Assembly (NCBI GenBank): GCA_052327205.1
Contig: CM126202.1
Coordinates: 367,412,001 to 367,476,000, forward strand
Direction of reading: 5' to 3'
Length of the DNA stretch: 64,000 nucleotides
DNA from: Somniosus microcephalus
Taxonomy: Eukaryota
The stretch's first letter is position 1. Each line of letters starts with the position of its first letter. The position numbers and the translations under genes were made by a program. The notes below the pieces were generated by a model that was given only the letters and a program-made list of their open reading frames with translations, was not told the origin of the DNA and did no database searches. Of the stretch, positions 61,007 to 64,000 are shown piece after piece.

Positions 61007-63174
61007 ATGGAAAGGGCCCGTGAGCGAGCGCAGCGCTTCTCAGAGCATGCTCTGAGTGTGCTCATTCATGGTGTGGAGAAGAGAAGAGAGATCCTGTGCC
61101 CGGACAGTGGCAGGAAGGCTCCCAGGAGACAGTACAGGAGAGCCTGGGGCAAAATCGCCTGCAGGGTGTCATCCACCTGTGATGTCCCCAGGAGTGCGGA
61201 CCAATGCCGCAAGAAGTTCAACGACCTCACTCGGATGGTGAAGGTGAGTACCCTTTCCAATGTCCCCCTCATCCTTGCATGTGCACCTCACATTATGGGC
61301 AAAGGGACCTCAAAGGCCTAATGGGCAGCCCTCCTCCCGCAGCAATGGCACTTGCATGTTGATCAATAGCACTTTCTGCACTTAACACACTGGCCAAGCT
61401 ATTCGACCATGGGAGGCAGTGCACCCAGCAACAGGGCACCACACTGGCCAAGCTATTCCACCATGGGAGGCAGTGCACCCAGCGACAGGGCACCACACTG
61501 GCCAAGCTATTCCACCATGGGAGGCAGTGCACACAGCGACAGGGCACCACACTGTACTTAGAGGCCGTCCTTTCTCTTGCAGGCCAAGCTGGCGAGCAAT
61601 GTAAGGAGCCAGGCTGTCACTGGTGGAGGCCGTCCCGAGTACCAGGCGCTCACTGATCTGGAGGAGAGCGTGGCACGACTCATGCGTGGCCGGGTGACTG
61701 GCCCTGTCGCGATCGGCGAGGCGGACCCTGTACTGGTACCCACTGGTAAGGACATGACCGGTTGCACCTCTCTCGTTGCCCTCGCGCTTCAGATCTACAT
61801 CCTTTCCCACTGACCGACAAATGCGCATAATGCACCACTCAGGCCTCCCTCGCTGACGGCCTGTCCTCACTCTAAAGCTACTCTTGTGCCTTCCTGCTTT
61901 CAGCTGGTGAGGAGGAGGTGGTCCCTGAAGCGCAGAGAGCCAGGCCCTTGGAGGAGGAGGACGTCGAGGACCAGGAGGAAGGCGGCACATCGGGGGAACC
62001 CTGCTCCGTGCCAGGGGATGGCAATGGAGGGGAGACGTCTGGTCTGCAGGAGAGCCAGGGGGAGGTGTTGGAGGGGAGGGCCGAAGCTGGTCCCAGTAGG
62101 GTGGACGCACGCGGGAAGGGTCCGGCAGCACGCCAGCCTTCTGCCCAGAGGGGGGAGGTGTTGGAGGGGAGGGCCGAAGCTGGTCCCAGTAGGGTGGATG
62201 CACACGGGAAGGCTCCTGCAGCACGCCGGCCTTCTGCCCAGAGGGGGGAGGTGTTGGAGGGGAGGGCAGAACCTGGCCCAAGTGGGGTCGACGCACGCGA
62301 GAAGGGTCGGCCAGCTCAGCGGCCTTCTCCCCGGAGGGAGAGTCCGCCCTCCAGTCCGGACACGGTCCTCGCCCAGGAGGTGCGCGTCCTCGATGAGATG
62401 TCGGCGGCGTCTGAGCGGCGCCACCAAGAGTTCATGGGGGTGGTCGAACAGATGCCTCACGCCATTGAGTCCCTGGCTCAGAGTGTGGTGCCTTTCGGGG
62501 AATCACAGGCCAGGGGGTTCGAACAACTCACGGCAGCGCACGACAGGGGTGTCCAGCAACTGGCCGCAGCGCACGACAGGGGTGTGCAGCAACTCGCGGC
62601 AGCGCAGGACGCGGGTGTGCAGCAACTGGCGGCAGCGCAGGACGCGACTCGCGAGATGAGTGGTGCCGTCCACACACTGGCAGAGCTGATGCGGGCACAT
62701 ACCAGGGCAGTTCGGGCACTCACTTCTGCCACACTCGCTGTGGCACGGAGGCATCGCCATGGCACCCGCCACCCTGCTGCAGCACAGCGGTCTGGCCTCC
62801 CCCAGATTGCTGCGCTTGCTACACTGCCAGCCCGGCCGAGTGCCAGTGTCTCTGGCGAGCAGCGCGCACCTGCCATCAGCCAGCTTGCCCCCAATGGTGC
62901 TGCCGACACTGCCACTCCCCCAGCCAAGGTGGAACGAGCTGCTGCTAAGACTGATGCTGCCCAGCCACAGCTGCAGCAGTCAGCAGCCGGCCCCTCCCGG
63001 GCCAGGCCTCGTCTAGGCCGACCCCCAAGGGCATCTGCCGACACGCTTTGTGGCCCTCATGAGCCTTCCCCCAGCCTCGCCACACCCGCAGGGCCCAGGT
63101 TGAGGCGGAGCAGCAGGTCGGCCAGCGGCCGGAGAAGCCTGTCTAAGGACTCGCCCTCTCGGCACACCCATTAG
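61007..63174 (+). CDS. Myb/SANT-like Harbinger ORF2 protein, join(61007-61243, 61583-61745, 61904-63174), predicted 556 aa
   Basis: RFSEHALSVLIHGV...WGKIA...RSADQCRKKFNDL trihelix. Canonical sites aag|gtgagt, ttgcag|gcc, ctg|gtaagg, ttcag|ct. Exons 237+163+1271 nt join without stops and include TGGG. Confidence 0.88.
61386..61554 (+). repeat. 54-bp tandem repeat x3 in intron 1
   Basis: cacactggccaagctatt... at 61386, 61440, 61494, partial at 61548. Confidence 0.92.
62059..62336 (+). repeat. 93-bp coding repeat x3 (31 aa)
   Basis: GEVLEGRAEAGPSRVDA...; gtgttggagg at 62065, 62158, 62251. Confidence 0.92.
62512..62646 (+). repeat. 33-bp coding repeat x4 (11 aa)
   Basis: RGFEQLTAAHD RGVQQLAAAHD RGVQQLAAAQD AGVQQLAAAQD. 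Confidence 0.9.
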
Positions 63175-63580
63175 AGTGTGGTGAGAGCGGTTTCTTTTAT
63201 ATTGGGGGGCTTGTGTTGTGGGGGGCATTATTTTGTTAAGGCCGAGGATCAAGGCATTTTTTGTTTTCATGGGGGTGTCTCTGTTGTGGGGGGGGGGCTT
63301 ATTTTTGTAAGGCCGCTGTTGAAGGCCTTTTGGATGGGCAAGTTTTGTTAGTCCTCCCCAGATTTTGGGAGTGACAGATGTTTTTGACTGTTTTTTGGGG
63401 GTCTTGTCTGTTTTTCTGTTTCATGTGGGAAGGGCCCTGAGTTTGTGAAATAAAGCTTTTGATTTATTCAGCATGTCCAGATGTCATGTTTGAAGTGGTT
63501 GTTGCGTTAACCGGCTGAGGGCTTGCGGAGCGGCTGCCTCAGGTGCGTTCATTGCCACAGGCCATTCCCTGACAGGGGGC

Positions 63581-64000
63581 CTAGAAGTGTCGATCAATAA
63601 GCCCCCGGCGGACGGCCCTTGGCCCTTGTCGCTCCCTCCTGGGCTGGTCCTCCTCCTCCTCCTCCTCCTCCTGCTCGTCCTCCTGAGGTGGTGGTGCAAT
63701 GCCAGGTGGCAGTGCCTGAGTCCTGCGGATAGCCAGGTTGTGCAGCATGCAGCACACGACGACGAACTGGGAGACTCTATCTGGCGAATACTGAAGAGAT
63801 CCTCCGGAACAATCCTGGCAGCGGAACCATTGCTTGAGGACGCCTATCGCTTGCTCGATGATGTTCCTTGTGGCTTGATGGCTTTCGTTGTATGCCTCCT
63901 CCGCTGGGGTCCTGGGCGCGCGGAGCGGGGTCATGAGCCATGTACACAAAGGATAGCCCTTGTCCCCGATAAGCCATCCCCTTGGTGGAGGCTGTGCCTC
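63581..64000 (-). CDS. HARBI1-like DDE transposase, C-terminal part
   Basis: Open frame [18 protein letters not shown]...[21 protein letters not shown]...CCMLHN plus acidic tail. Catalytic D2 and E are intact. Confidence 0.9.
   Translation of the reverse strand, partial: EAQPPPRGWLIGDKGYPLCTWLMTPLRAPRTPAEEAYNESHQATRNIIEQAIGVLKQWFRCQDCSGGSLQYSPDRVSQFVVVCCMLHNLAIRRTQALPPGIAPPPQEDEQEEEEEEEDQPRRERQGPRAVRRGLIDRHF

Larger units (their letters stand above)
60668..64000. mobile_element. PIF/Harbinger transposon copy 4 (different family, possibly intact; runs off window)
   Basis: Left TIR ggcctagaaattca identical to MITE family A. Myb/SANT gene on +, transposase C-terminus on -. Confidence 0.92.

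Noticed and set aside
61386-61554. 54-bp (and 35-, 42-bp) repeats as CRISPR-like arrays
   Set aside because: Head-to-tail units with no unique spacers, no cas genes, and a eukaryotic transposon context.
61382-63044. 304-aa and other antisense or alternate-frame ORFs
   Set aside because: Shadows of the GC-rich, repeat-containing Myb exon 3.
6042-64000. Domesticated host HARBI1 or NAIF1 genes
   Set aside because: Multi-copy, TIR-bounded and mostly disrupted, so these are transposon genes. No gene symbol assigned.

Overview
This is eukaryotic (vertebrate) DNA. The repeat repertoire (CR1 and L2 LINE tails, tRNA-SINEs, Mag-type Gypsy, BEL/Pao, many GC-rich PIF/Harbinger elements) points to a cartilaginous fish, by inference. 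I could not support any host protein-coding exon, rRNA, tRNA or CRISPR array. Most of the window is nested transposons. There are four two-gene PIF/Harbinger elements (<1-7701, 8859-13023, 21666-25913, 60668->64000), each with a spliced Myb/SANT gene convergent with a HARBI1-like DDE transposase. There is also one decayed Harbinger derivative, three Harbinger-type MITE families, three full-length Gypsy elements with TSDs, one internally deleted BEL/Pao element, and CR1, L2 and SINE fragments. The most striking observation is that three related Harbinger transposase copies have each lost the same catalytic GWLxGDKGY motif through a different short deletion. The last element has an intact, predicted 556-aa three-exon Myb/SANT gene and shares its TIR with three CpG-rich MITEs.
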